64,000 nt of DNA from a virus (IMGVR_UViG_3300027741_000025:64001-128000), one strand, 5' to 3'. Counted from the stretch's first letter, positions 10,382-20,343 are shown. Numbers and translations: made by a program. The notes: generated from the letters alone by a model not told the origin.

Positions 10382-10897
10382 TTATTTTATAACAGATGAG
10401 TGGATATAAAAATCATCTTGTCTATTTACTTCTTTTATAAGAATGTATCCTCTATCGGTCAAGTATTTTCTTGAGGCATCTTTTGTGCCACATTCTCTAT
10501 AGGCATCTGTTTCAAATGTAATTACATTAAAAGTATATTTATCAAAAGGAACCTTGTACAAAGCTTTGAGGCTTATGTGAGGGGGCTCTAAATCGATTGT
10601 GAGATAATCTATTGTTTTATTGTCTTTGAAAAACTCATTCATTTGTTTTTCATATTCAAAAGTTAAAGCATCATGACAACAAAACTTTGTGTTAGGTCTA
10701 TTATCGAAATAGCTATTTGTATGATCTTCAATATCAATACACATTCCACTCCAACCAAAACCCTTGTCTAGGGCATAAGTATTCGATATAGTCTCAGACG
10801 GTCCAGCTCCAATATCTAAGAATGTGCCTTTTTTTTTGAAATTCAATGTTTCCATTACAAATACATCTTGCCCTATTTGAGACCTATAGTAATTCAT
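10382..10897 (-). CDS. FkbM-like SAM-dependent methyltransferase
   Basis: SQIGQD, TFLDIGAG, SNTYALD..GWSG, IDYLTIDLE. Confidence 0.8.
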   Translation of the reverse strand: MNYYRSQIGQDVFVMETLNFKKKGTFLDIGAGPSETISNTYALDKGFGWSGMCIDIEDHTNSYFDNRPNTKFCCHDALTFEYEKQMNEFFKDNKTIDYLTIDLEPPHISLKALYKVPFDKYTFNVITFETDAYRECGTKDASRKYLTDRGYILIKEVNRQDDFYIHSSVIK

Positions 10898-10909
10898 ATT
10901 TATATTCTC

Positions 10910-11746
10910 CTAAAAAATAACAAATTGCCCATTATCCTTACATTGCGATAATTCTTTTAAATTTGCCCGATATAATACAGGTATTAAGCCGCAATTTCCT
11001 GAATGAGTTATCAAATATTTACAATTAGATATAATTCTAACTATTGACTCAAAGTTTATACTCCACTCTATTTTATTCTCAGTTGGTTTGACATAAGTGT
11101 TGTTAAATATCATTTCTTCAAAAAAGAATGCATTATCAAAATTTGACATAAATATATCTCTATTGCGAAGTTCATCTGTTTGTATAAGAAGTCTATATTT
11201 TTTGTTTCTTTTGTTGATATGGTCTAACCAATCATTTGGGTGCGCTAAATTAACCTCAACATGCTTATCAGTTCCTCTGTTAAAAATAGCCATAGTGTTA
11301 CTGTAATCTATGTTGTATTTTTGTTCTAAAAATTTTATTCTTTCCAAAACAAGATCAGAAGGACTAAAGTAAATGTCTTCGACCATTTTGATTTGCTTGA
11401 AATTTAATTTTTGAAATTCTGCATGATTCGACCAGTAACCATCATGATTTCTAAGAACTCCTGATTCAAAATCTTCAGACTTAAGTTGATCTAAAGTTTC
11501 TAAATTAACCTTGTATATAAAAGGATACAGGTCTTTATCATCACTGTAATTGTGCAGGTGTTTTAAAGTATCGTTAAAAGAAACATTCTCGGGATATATT
11601 TTCATTCGCGCCAATTCATATATGGCGAAACGTACCTCATTTATGCATGAATAAAAACCGCCTGTTTTATGAGTCCCGTAAACAGTTTTGTCTTCTTTAT
11701 TGTAATAAGCGTTTCTGAGAAAAATTAGTTGTTCCATCACCTTCAA
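10910..11746 (-). CDS. Fucosyltransferase-like glycosyltransferase (NodZ/GT23-like); true start probably 11740 or 11737
   Basis: GGFYS, RGTDK, LLIQTDE, ISNCKYLITHSGN motifs; GGAGGAGG SD just upstream. Confidence 0.6.
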   Translation of the reverse strand: MKVMEQLIFLRNAYYNKEDKTVYGTHKTGGFYSCINEVRFAIYELARMKIYPENVSFNDTLKHLHNYSDDKDLYPFIYKVNLETLDQLKSEDFESGVLRNHDGYWSNHAEFQKLNFKQIKMVEDIYFSPSDLVLERIKFLEQKYNIDYSNTMAIFNRGTDKHVEVNLAHPNDWLDHINKRNKKYRLLIQTDELRNRDIFMSNFDNAFFFEEMIFNNTYVKPTENKIEWSINFESIVRIISNCKYLITHSGNCGLIPVLYRANLKELSQCKDNGQFVIF

Positions 11747-11831
11747 CCTCCTCCTTGAGTTTGCGATTTCCTACAGTATATATTATTTTATATTTAAAAA
11801 TTAAATAAATATTTTTTTTATATATAATGAT

Positions 11832-12491
11832 ATGAAAACAACACTTCTTACATTTACTGATCCGAATTACGAACCAAGAAGATTAACAACTCTTTCTTTT
11901 AATAAAAAAATGGTTGATAAAGTTTGGAACGCAAACCCATCAGATTTTGATGATAATTTTAAAAAACAAAATGAATTTATATTAAATCAACGTAGAGGTT
12001 ATGGCTACTGGCTTTGGAAACCATACTTAATACTAAAATACATAGAAAACCTATGTAGTGAAGATGAAATGCTTATATATTGTGATGCCGGAGATTGGTT
12101 CTCAGAAAAAATGCTTGACTTGGCTAAACTGGAAACAAAAGATTGTCTTTTTATAAGAGGTCCTTTTTTAAATTATAAATATACAAAAAAAGATTGTTTT
12201 GTACTAATGAATTGTGATGAAGAAAAATACTGGAATTCTGGTCAAACGTATGGCGCTCTTTGTTTTTGGAGAAAAACAAAAACAACAATAGACTTCTTAA
12301 AAGAGTGGTTTGATTATTGCAAAAATCCTAATATTTTAACTGATGCTCCCAACATTCATGGAGAAAATATACCTGGATTTATAGATCACAGACACGATCA
12401 ATCTGTTTTGACTAATTTGACCATACAACGTGAAATGTTAAGAAAAGATCAAACAACAGACAATCCTTGGAATGTAATTTATAATGATTGA
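11832..12491 (+). CDS. Putative glycosyltransferase
   Basis: RGYGYWLWKPYLI, LIYCDAG, DHRHDQS motifs of a GT-A-like family common in viral glycosylation loci. Confidence 0.65.
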   Translation: MKTTLLTFTDPNYEPRRLTTLSFNKKMVDKVWNANPSDFDDNFKKQNEFILNQRRGYGYWLWKPYLILKYIENLCSEDEMLIYCDAGDWFSEKMLDLAKLETKDCLFIRGPFLNYKYTKKDCFVLMNCDEEKYWNSGQTYGALCFWRKTKTTIDFLKEWFDYCKNPNILTDAPNIHGENIPGFIDHRHDQSVLTNLTIQREMLRKDQTTDNPWNVIYND

Positions 12492-13371
12492 TATAAATGA
12501 TGTGGATAACCCTGAGTTATATTATAATTTAAAAAAAGGCTATGAGTTTTGCTCTTCGATAGCAGATGAGACTTTATCAAAACCAACTGAATATCATGTT
12601 GTTTGGAGCGGAAAATTTGATCGCAAGCAGTCTCTCCCAATAAAAAGTTTTTTTGCAACACAAAATTTCAAATTAGCCAAATTAAACTTGTGGTCCAACG
12701 AAGATCTGATCAACAATAATTATTTGAAACCCTTTAAAGATTTGATCAACTTTAGAAAATGGGATCCAATCGAAGAGGCTAAAGGAACGATCCTTGAGGA
12801 CTATAAAAGTTTAACAGCCACAGACGGAAAATTTTGGATCGATGGAGATATATTTAGATTGTTATGCTTGCATAAGTATGGAGGAGTCTATTTCGACATG
12901 GATGTTGTTCTGTTGAGAGATTTTTCTCCACTATTAAACCAAGAGTTTATGTACAAGTGGGCAGCAGAAAAAAACATGATTAACGGAGCTATAATGCATC
13001 TTTTTAAAGATAGCAAATTAACAAAAGATTTACTTAATCAACTATTGAATACAGCTCCAACACCAAATAGTCATTGTTACGGCAGAGATCTATATACTTA
13101 TGTAAGGGCTCAAAATAAAAATTGGACTATATTTCCAAGCACTTTTTTTAACACAGAGTGGCAAGCAACTCCGGAAGATACAAAAGACTATCCTGGCTTG
13201 GCTGAAGGGTTTAAACCATTTCAGAAATGCAATACAACCCATCTTTTTGAAAGGGCGTTTAGTTGGCACTGGCATAACCGATGGGGTGAATCAATAGAGA
13301 TGGGAAGTAAGTGGCAAATTATCGAAGAAATTATTGAAAAAAAGCTGTCCAGTATTGGATTCCATCTATAA
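12484..13371 (+). CDS. GT32 DXD-motif glycosyltransferase
   Basis: GDIFRLLCLHKYGGVYFDMDV signature. Confidence 0.85.
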   Translation: MIDINDVDNPELYYNLKKGYEFCSSIADETLSKPTEYHVVWSGKFDRKQSLPIKSFFATQNFKLAKLNLWSNEDLINNNYLKPFKDLINFRKWDPIEEAKGTILEDYKSLTATDGKFWIDGDIFRLLCLHKYGGVYFDMDVVLLRDFSPLLNQEFMYKWAAEKNMINGAIMHLFKDSKLTKDLLNQLLNTAPTPNSHCYGRDLYTYVRAQNKNWTIFPSTFFNTEWQATPEDTKDYPGLAEGFKPFQKCNTTHLFERAFSWHWHNRWGESIEMGSKWQIIEEIIEKKLSSIGFHL

Positions 13372-13387
13372 TTAGAAGAGGTGTTTT

Positions 13388-13987
13388 ATGAAACATATGA
13401 TAGATTGTGGCACTAATTTGTTTTATGGATTGAATGCGCTATCCAACAGATTTAATTTTGATGAAACTTGGAAAATAGATTGTTTTGAGGCAAATCCTTT
13501 TGTTTACGAACAAGCGATGAATCTAATTAAAAATGGAGACATTAAAAAATATTATCCAAGATATGATTCGAAAAACTTAAATTTATTCAACAAAGCCGTT
13601 TGGGTATATGATGGATTTATTGATATGAATATAGAGGCTGACAAACTCAGTAATGTGGCTAACATATTGAATAAACCCCCAGAAAAAGATACGGTCTATA
13701 ACAGAAATTTTAAATGGTCAAAAACAAAAATTCCTTGCATTAGATTATCTGAAATAATAAAGCAGTCAAATGCTGAAAAAATTGTTGTTAAGCTTGATGT
13801 TGAGGGAGCAGAATTTGAAATTATTCAAGATCTTATCAAAGAAAATTTATTGAACAAGATTAATTTCTTTTATGTTGAGTTTCATGAAAGATTCTTCGTA
13901 GAAGAATTAAACAAATATTCTGATATTAAAAATCAATTGATATCAGAGATTAATAAACAGGTAGAATTTTTCCAAGAATGGGATTAG
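13388..13987 (+). CDS. FkbM family methyltransferase
   Basis: IDCGTN, CFEANP, NKAVW, VVKLDVEGAEFEII, YVEFH. Confidence 0.85.
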   Translation: MKHMIDCGTNLFYGLNALSNRFNFDETWKIDCFEANPFVYEQAMNLIKNGDIKKYYPRYDSKNLNLFNKAVWVYDGFIDMNIEADKLSNVANILNKPPEKDTVYNRNFKWSKTKIPCIRLSEIIKQSNAEKIVVKLDVEGAEFEIIQDLIKENLLNKINFFYVEFHERFFVEELNKYSDIKNQLISEINKQVEFFQEWD

Positions 13988-13993
13988 TGAAAC

Positions 13994-14890
13994 CTACAAA
14001 TTTCTTTCATGTATCTTTGTGGAAGAATAAGATTGCTCACCCCTTCTTATTTTTTCTGTTATTCCTCCGTTACTCACAGAAGATCTTTTATTCAAAACTT
14101 CTTGGTTTAAAGCACTTCTCGATTTTCTGGTTGCTCCCTCTGACAGTATGGATCTAAACTCGATCGGAATATATCCACAAACCCATTGATTGTAAGTTTT
14201 TGCCCTTGTGTTTATGTCGTGATCATCATTCCCTAAGACAAAGTTAACCTCATCTAAGTAGTTCAGAGTCTTTAATTTTTCTCTGTCTATCATCCATGGT
14301 CCACGATTACATGTATCACCCACATAGAACTTATCGTATTGTTCGAACCTTAGATTCAAAGGAATCTCTACGTCTACTCCGAGTTTTCCTAAGCCTTGAG
14401 AATAATCAAACAATCCATGCACGCATCTCCCGGAAACAGAGAACACATCATTGTATTTTTCAAAAGGACGAGACATTATGTGGTCATAACCATATGTGAA
14501 AATTTGTATGTCTGCTTGTATTTCTATAACATAATTGGCGGTAGATAATTTAAAACCAATGTTATCACATGTTGTTTCAAATAAAGGATAGGCACTTTTT
14601 ACAAGTGTTATTTTTTTTAAATTTGAAAATGTGTTTTTATTTAAAAATTCTTTTACAACTTCCAAGCTTTTATCTTCGCAATTATCAAAGATCATTATTA
14701 ATTCAAAATCTTTTGAAATATTTTTTAAATTATGATTTAAATTTTTTATTATTACTCCTTCGTGGTTGTGAACAGGAGTAATAATGGAATAAATAAATTT
14801 ATCAGATTTTTTTTCAAAAAAATCAACTTTAACATTTTTATAACCTTCTGATGACAAAAAATTTTCTATTTCATTTGGGTCGTTCAACAT
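13994..14890 (-). CDS. GT2 family glycosyltransferase
   Basis: SIITPVHN, LIMIFDNCED, IQADI, DDHD. Confidence 0.8.
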   Translation of the reverse strand: MLNDPNEIENFLSSEGYKNVKVDFFEKKSDKFIYSIITPVHNHEGVIIKNLNHNLKNISKDFELIMIFDNCEDKSLEVVKEFLNKNTFSNLKKITLVKSAYPLFETTCDNIGFKLSTANYVIEIQADIQIFTYGYDHIMSRPFEKYNDVFSVSGRCVHGLFDYSQGLGKLGVDVEIPLNLRFEQYDKFYVGDTCNRGPWMIDREKLKTLNYLDEVNFVLGNDDHDINTRAKTYNQWVCGYIPIEFRSILSEGATRKSRSALNQEVLNKRSSVSNGGITEKIRRGEQSYSSTKIHERNL

Positions 14891-14931
14891 AAAACTCTAT
14901 TCTATTTTAATTGTTACTTATATATATTAGT

Positions 14932-15549
14932 ATGAAGAAAATAATATCATTTTCATTATGGGGAAGCAAACCGATATACAACATAGGTGCTATCAAAAAT
15001 GCAATATTGGCAAAAGATTTATATCCTGGTTTTGAGTGTTGGTTTTATTGTGATGAAAAAACAGTTCCTAAAGAAACATTTGATGGACTGTATTCTCTTG
15101 ATAACACAAAGATAATAATCAGGCAAGACGCGATAAAATCCTCTACCTGGAGATTTGAAGCTATCGACGACCCAAATGTTGAAATAATGCTATCAAGAGA
15201 CACAGACTCAAGAATATCTTTAAGAGAAAAAATAGCAGTTGATGAATGGTTATCCTCTGATAAACCATTCCACATAATGAGAGACCATCCGGACCACAGA
15301 ATGCCTATAATGGCTGGAATGTTTGGAACCAAGAAGATACCGGAAATAAATAGTTGGAGTGAATTATTGAATTCTGTTAATTCTTCTCATTATGGGAATG
15401 ATCAAGATTTTTTAATGAACCAAATCTATCCTGTAGTGAGAGATAAAAGTATAATACACGCTTCTTTTAATAAAATAGAAGGAGATGAGTGTAAAGATTT
15501 CTTATTTAAAGATGGTTCAAAATTTGTAGGAGAATATGTTTATGAATAA
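14932..15549 (+). CDS. Putative GT-A glycosyltransferase
   Basis: Start moved to MKKIISFSLWG (TATATA 5 nt upstream); WRF, SRDTDSR, FHIMRDHP, MAGMFG, DQDFL. Confidence 0.65.
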   Translation: MKKIISFSLWGSKPIYNIGAIKNAILAKDLYPGFECWFYCDEKTVPKETFDGLYSLDNTKIIIRQDAIKSSTWRFEAIDDPNVEIMLSRDTDSRISLREKIAVDEWLSSDKPFHIMRDHPDHRMPIMAGMFGTKKIPEINSWSELLNSVNSSHYGNDQDFLMNQIYPVVRDKSIIHASFNKIEGDECKDFLFKDGSKFVGEYVYE

Positions 15550-16398
15550 TCAATTGAATTTTTCTAATGCATAATTCAAAAATTCTTCTTCATTTAGATC
15601 TCTATATTCTTCTGGACAGTCAGTTTTTGTTACCCTCTTATTAAACATTTCTGCGAACGTTCCTTTGAATCCATCATCAAATGGCAGATGATAATTTTCA
15701 ATTATATCTATTCCATACATCATGCAGGCGGGTTTTATTTCAAAACAATCTCCATATCTTTGTAGATTTTTTGAATCAACAAATTTACCAATCTCATACC
15801 ATTTGTGACAAAATTTTACCATTGTATCAAAATCTATTTTATTAAAAAACAATTTATTCTCTATAGGGCATCTCATTTCTGCAAAATCTTTTTCCTGTAA
15901 ATCTGGCATGTAATGATTTACAATTGTTTTCAATTTATGGTTTATCATAATCTCTCCCGCAGCATTATACACCTGATGATAATCACCAGAGCACTTGACT
16001 ATGTTTGAGCAATACAAGCCTTTTTCAGTAAAAGAATCAAAGCAAGATTTGCCAAAGCTGCCAGTAGGTAAAACATCTGCATCTGTATGACAGATAGAGT
16101 TATTAGGTATAACCCTGGATGAGTAAGCGAGAGCTAAAGACTTCAAATAATATTTAAAGAATGTAGATTTACCATGACCAGGAAGAGTATATCCTGATGG
16201 CTTTACAATATTGTTTGATAAAATATTAAAATGACAAATAACTTTTTTTGAGTTTATTCTTTGACTAAAATCTCTATCTGTTGTTATGCAAAGATTTATT
16301 TTATCGTCATATATTGCATCTAATTTTTTAATAAAAAGTCTTGTGAAACTTTCATAAAGATCGCCCACAGACAACACGCTTAAAGTAATGTTTTCCAT
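15550..16398 (-). CDS. Putative glycosyltransferase (DxD)
   Basis: CITTD and ICHTDADV motifs; position inside the GT cluster. Confidence 0.5.
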   Translation of the reverse strand: MENITLSVLSVGDLYESFTRLFIKKLDAIYDDKINLCITTDRDFSQRINSKKVICHFNILSNNIVKPSGYTLPGHGKSTFFKYYLKSLALAYSSRVIPNNSICHTDADVLPTGSFGKSCFDSFTEKGLYCSNIVKCSGDYHQVYNAAGEIMINHKLKTIVNHYMPDLQEKDFAEMRCPIENKLFFNKIDFDTMVKFCHKWYEIGKFVDSKNLQRYGDCFEIKPACMMYGIDIIENYHLPFDDGFKGTFAEMFNKRVTKTDCPEEYRDLNEEEFLNYALEKFN

Positions 16399-16517
16399 AT
16401 GATTTCCAGGGTTTTATTAATTTAAAGAGCTGGGCATCCATGCCCAAAATTGATAATCCTAATCATCTCTACTTATATTTATCCTTCTCGTTTACATAAA
16501 TTTTTTGTTTGATAAAT

Positions 16518-17354
16518 TTAAAAAAAATTTTTATTATCAAGATAATTTTTTGCAACATCTGCGATAAAATTTGAACACCTTGTGTGTCTAATTTTAGATA
16601 AACACACCATTGGTTTGTCTGGATGCATGGAGAAATCATTTTTGCTGAACCAAACTTTATTGAAACTCGGTTGTATTCCATGATCATAATTTATAATATT
16701 TTTAACAACATTTTCTAACATATTGCTTTCAATTGAATACGGTCTGATTTCAATGTTTGATGTTTCTTCATCTTTAAAGAAAAGAGCATCCCAATTTTTC
16801 CAAACACTTAAATTTAATGCTGCTGTGTCAATTCCTAAAAATTCTTTTTTATCTAAAAAATATTTTATATATAACAAAACGTCTTCAAAAAAAGATACAG
16901 GCAGATTGTTGAAAGATATTGTGCTTCCAAATTTTATCCAATTGTTTTTAATTTTATCTTCTTCTGAGGCTAGTTCTTCATAGTAATCACTAATTATATT
17001 GTGTGTTAAAAAAGAATCTTCACTCGACACTATTTTATGATCACCAATAGAAATATCACTACAAAATACGCTACAGGGATTTAAAACTGTCACAGGAAAG
17101 ATTTCTTTTTCATCACCCGCAGTCTTCAAAAAAGACTGCCATTTATTGAGGCTTAAATTTGAATGTGTTTTTTTAAAATAAAATACTTTGACATGCTCGG
17201 CTAAATTTCTGCAATCATACATCGACATAGAATCATCAATGCCAACAGTCACATACAGATTATTTTCTATGCCTTTTTCTTTAAAGCTTTGTATCAAAAG
17301 CTCTATCTGCCAACTGTGTTGGTAGCTATTTTCAATTGATACAAAATAATTCAT
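16518..17354 (-). CDS. Glycosyltransferase-like protein resembling Hyp-O-arabinosyl/peptidyl-Ser-galactosyltransferases (GT95/GT96)
   Basis: N-terminus YFVSIENSYQHSWQIELLIQSF and downstream LNK resemble the S.E..Y..WQ....HSF...NKP motif; the DxD position appears degenerate (LNPC). Confidence 0.45.
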   Translation of the reverse strand: MNYFVSIENSYQHSWQIELLIQSFKEKGIENNLYVTVGIDDSMSMYDCRNLAEHVKVFYFKKTHSNLSLNKWQSFLKTAGDEKEIFPVTVLNPCSVFCSDISIGDHKIVSSEDSFLTHNIISDYYEELASEEDKIKNNWIKFGSTISFNNLPVSFFEDVLLYIKYFLDKKEFLGIDTAALNLSVWKNWDALFFKDEETSNIEIRPYSIESNMLENVVKNIINYDHGIQPSFNKVWFSKNDFSMHPDKPMVCLSKIRHTRCSNFIADVAKNYLDNKNFF

Positions 17355-17365
17355 AGTAGGCTAAT

Positions 17366-17776
17366 TTACTTTGGGATGCTAAATTTTCCACAAAGCTTCT
17401 CAGCTGATGCTGAGGAGCCGACTTTTTCTTTGTATGATTCATTAACAAGCTTCTGATATACTCTGTAAACTTCACTGTATGCAACACCCCATGTTGCGTC
17501 ATGTGAAAAATCATCGAACCTATCATCTGCTTCCATTGAATCCAACAGATGATTCCAGGCACGAGCATGAGCCCATTCATGAATTAATGTCTCTATGGCG
17601 AGATTTTCACTAAGATCTTTGTTTATTTTTATAAAGAATTTTTTCTTGTATTTAACACATTCTCCGTCGAGAGAACGGCTCATGATACACCTTCTGACAC
17701 TAACAGGATACGCAATTGGTAAGTTTTTCTTTAAAAAACTGACCAATCTTTTGTAGTTTTTGTATTTGTTATTCAT
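17366..17776 (-). CDS. HExxH metallopeptidase-like protein (SprT/ImmA-like)
   Basis: ETLIHEWAHA plus downstream HDATWG. Confidence 0.7.
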   Translation of the reverse strand: MNNKYKNYKRLVSFLKKNLPIAYPVSVRRCIMSRSLDGECVKYKKKFFIKINKDLSENLAIETLIHEWAHARAWNHLLDSMEADDRFDDFSHDATWGVAYSEVYRVYQKLVNESYKEKVGSSASAEKLCGKFSIPK

Positions 17777-17921
17777 GTTCGCCTCATTGTTAAAGTGTAT
17801 TCAAAATCAACATTCGAATCAACAATAGTATTTAGTGTTTCTGGATTTTGTTTTTAAGTTATATATTTTTTTGATATAAATCATTGAAAACAAAGGACTT
17901 ACGTCAAGCAGAAAATGGCTA

Positions 17922-17950
17922 TTGACCCAACATTCAATGTGTGTTAGTAT
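17922..17950 (+). promoter_or_regulatory. Sigma70-type promoter
   Basis: TTGACC-17 nt-TAGTAT, followed by an AAGGA SD before ATG 17975. Confidence 0.6.
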
Positions 17951-17974
17951 CCCGCCAACCCAAAGGATAAACAA

Positions 17975-18256
17975 ATGAAAATTAAAGTTTTAAAGTTAAT
18001 CACAGGTGAAGAAATCATCACTCAAGTTAAATCTGAGGATGAAAACACTGTTGTTCTTGTTGAACCACAGAAATTTATTATGAGCCAAGAGGGTGTCGGA
18101 TCAATGCCATTGATGCCCATGTCTAAGGATAAAGAGTATTCAATATTAAAAAGTCATGTTTTGATAATATCGGAGCCAGATGATGATATTAAAAATGTTT
18201 ATAATACAAAATTTGGTAGCGGCGTCGTAGTTCCAAGCGGTATCATCACAGGGTGA
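17975..18256 (+). CDS. Conserved T4-like phage Sm-like domain protein
   Basis: KVLKLITGEEII...YNTKFGSGVVVP pattern typical of T4-like aquatic phages. Confidence 0.65.
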   Translation: MKIKVLKLITGEEIITQVKSEDENTVVLVEPQKFIMSQEGVGSMPLMPMSKDKEYSILKSHVLIISEPDDDIKNVYNTKFGSGVVVPSGIITG

Positions 18257-18260
18257 ATAA

Positions 18261-18647
18261 ATGGCTTTTAAAATATGCCCAGAATGCAACGAGAAAAATC
18301 CAGCAAGAATAAGAAAATGTAAAAAATGCGAATCTATCTTTGGATTTAAGGCTAAGAAGAAAAAGCAAAAAAAAGAAACGGTAAGTGATTGGAAGATACT
18401 TATTCCTGGCGATCAAATAAAGGTCGCCAGCGGTGGTCCCGTATTTATTGATAAAGATAAAAACGAACTACCCATGGGATATCATGGTAATTTTTCCGTC
18501 ATATCTCTTGATAAAAATGGAATAATTGCCCATGGACTAGATAAGTGCTGTGGCTTTTGTCACATTTGGATGGGAGAAGAAAAAGAAAGCACTGCTGGCG
18601 TGTTTAAAAAACCACATAAAATTTACAAACTAGCTGCTAGGGTTTAA
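18261..18647 (+). CDS. Zinc-ribbon protein
   Basis: CPEC...CKKC at the N-terminus. Confidence 0.65.
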   Translation: MAFKICPECNEKNPARIRKCKKCESIFGFKAKKKKQKKETVSDWKILIPGDQIKVASGGPVFIDKDKNELPMGYHGNFSVISLDKNGIIAHGLDKCCGFCHIWMGEEKESTAGVFKKPHKIYKLAARV

Positions 18648-18649
18648 AT

Positions 18650-18826
18650 TCACTTTTGATTTAACTGGCAGTAATTGTACTTATCTCGACAGTTTTTACC
18701 CTCTTCATATCCTGCAATAAAAGCTTGTTCAAGTAGATCAAGGTTTTCTGCTTTAATTTTTTCGATTTTTAACCACTCGTTAAAAGATTCTGTTTTATTC
18801 TCAAAGCAGAAATCATCAACGCTCAT
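18650..18826 (-). CDS. Small hypothetical protein, 58 aa (not in ORF track)
   Basis: MSVDDFCFENKTESFNEWLKIE...QLNQK*; ATGA overlap with the patatin stop; fills the gap exactly. Confidence 0.6.
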   Translation of the reverse strand: MSVDDFCFENKTESFNEWLKIEKIKAENLDLLEQAFIAGYEEGKNCRDKYNYCQLNQK

Positions 18827-19662
18827 ATAATATTCCTTTTTTTGAACAAGCTCTTAATTGCTTTTTTGTTGTATTTATTGTATTCAGTTTTACCGTACTC
18901 AACACCCGATTTACATTTATTAAAGTAAACTGAGTCAAATAAAAGTTCCTTTGGCTCAATAAGATAAATATTTATCCCTTTATAATAAGGGTCATCTTCG
19001 TTCTTAATAGACTCATTTATATCTCTTGTCATTATTTCATATAAACTTATATCAAGGGCTCTAAAAGCCATCTCAGCAGGCTTTAAATAGCCTTTAGGCT
19101 TATCCCAGAAGCTTAGAGCTAAAGGTCTGCCCATAATAAGATATATTTCATTGCAACCAAAATCAATACATTGTTTTAAAGGAGCTAATTGGCGACTACC
19201 AGCATCAACCCAGCCATCTACATCTTGAACAAGCCCTGTTATAGCCACACTCCCCAGAACGCTTTTGACAAACTCTTCTTTTGAAACCTGCATATTGGAG
19301 ACATATTGCATCTCACCGGTGTGTATATTCATTTTAGATACAACACTCTCACATATTGGATCGTTTTTAACTGCGTTTTCTACTATTTTTTTCATCGGCT
19401 TTTGATTCATAACACCAGTCTTGTTCCAAAAAGTATAATTGATGCTAAAAACATCAAAAACATTGGATATATTTGACCACATATCTGCTAATCCTTGTGG
19501 ACCAAGATAAGAATAACTAGCGGCGCATATACTTCCGCTGGATATCCCTATTGTTAGATCTGGTTTGATTCCTTTTAAGCTCAAGGAAAGAGCAATCCCA
19601 GATTGAATGGAGCCGCGAGCACCCTCACCAGTAAAACAAAATCCTATTTTTTTATTCTTCAT
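18823..19662 (-). CDS. Patatin-like phospholipase
   Basis: GEGARG oxyanion motif, GISSG nucleophile motif, DAG catalytic Asp. Confidence 0.85.
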   Translation of the reverse strand: MKNKKIGFCFTGEGARGSIQSGIALSLSLKGIKPDLTIGISSGSICAASYSYLGPQGLADMWSNISNVFDVFSINYTFWNKTGVMNQKPMKKIVENAVKNDPICESVVSKMNIHTGEMQYVSNMQVSKEEFVKSVLGSVAITGLVQDVDGWVDAGSRQLAPLKQCIDFGCNEIYLIMGRPLALSFWDKPKGYLKPAEMAFRALDISLYEIMTRDINESIKNEDDPYYKGINIYLIEPKELLFDSVYFNKCKSGVEYGKTEYNKYNKKAIKSLFKKRNII

Positions 19663-20296
19663 TGTTTCTCTTTATAAATCTCGCTAAGGGTGATGGCTTG
19701 CTTATAATTGAACTACCAGTTTTGGGTTTTTCTTCTTGATCTTGATTTGATCCAAATATGTCTAAGGTTTGTTGATCTTGTTGTTTTTGCTTATCATCCT
19801 CTGCCTTAGCACTTGCAAACCAATTTCTCAAAAACTTAACTTGGTCATCATCTATTTGTGGTTCTTTTGGAACAACAGGAGTTACCTCGGGTTCCTTATA
19901 TTTTGACTTATACTTAGCATATTGTCTTGGGGTTAATTTGATCCATAAGTTTTTTGCTCCCATAGCAGCAAGATCTCGCTCTTCCCGTGGCTTTAGTCTA
20001 ACGCCTGTCAACTCTTGTTTTTCGTAAAGATGATCAATAGGTATTATGATTCTACTGCCATCATTTTTTGACAAATCTAGAGCTTCTACGTGGCTTCTCT
20101 TTATTTCTACAACCTTAGCCAGTCTGGTGACGTTAGCCCCTTTAAGCTTAGTTTCAGGTCCTAGTTCTATAATATCGTTCAAAGACACAGACATTTTTAC
20201 AGATTTTTTAACACTAATTTCAGGGCGATAAACCACATGCTTGGATTCAAATATTTCTTGCTTTTTTATCCATTCGAAAAAACTTTTTCGCTTCAT
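19652..20296 (-). CDS. Hypothetical protein with capsid-targeting-like N-terminus
   Basis: MKRKSFFEWIKKQEIFE; TATATA 7 nt upstream. Confidence 0.65.
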   Translation of the reverse strand: MKRKSFFEWIKKQEIFESKHVVYRPEISVKKSVKMSVSLNDIIELGPETKLKGANVTRLAKVVEIKRSHVEALDLSKNDGSRIIIPIDHLYEKQELTGVRLKPREERDLAAMGAKNLWIKLTPRQYAKYKSKYKEPEVTPVVPKEPQIDDDQVKFLRNWFASAKAEDDKQKQQDQQTLDIFGSNQDQEEKPKTGSSIISKPSPLARFIKRNNEE

Positions 20297-20343
20297 GATA
20301 AATTATATATTAATATTATACAATTTTTATCATAGTTAATAAT

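Noticed and set aside
18823-19662. CBASS or other defence system with a patatin effector
   Set aside because: No adjacent CD-NTase or sensor; the NTase at 7572 is class II CCA-type and 10 kb away.
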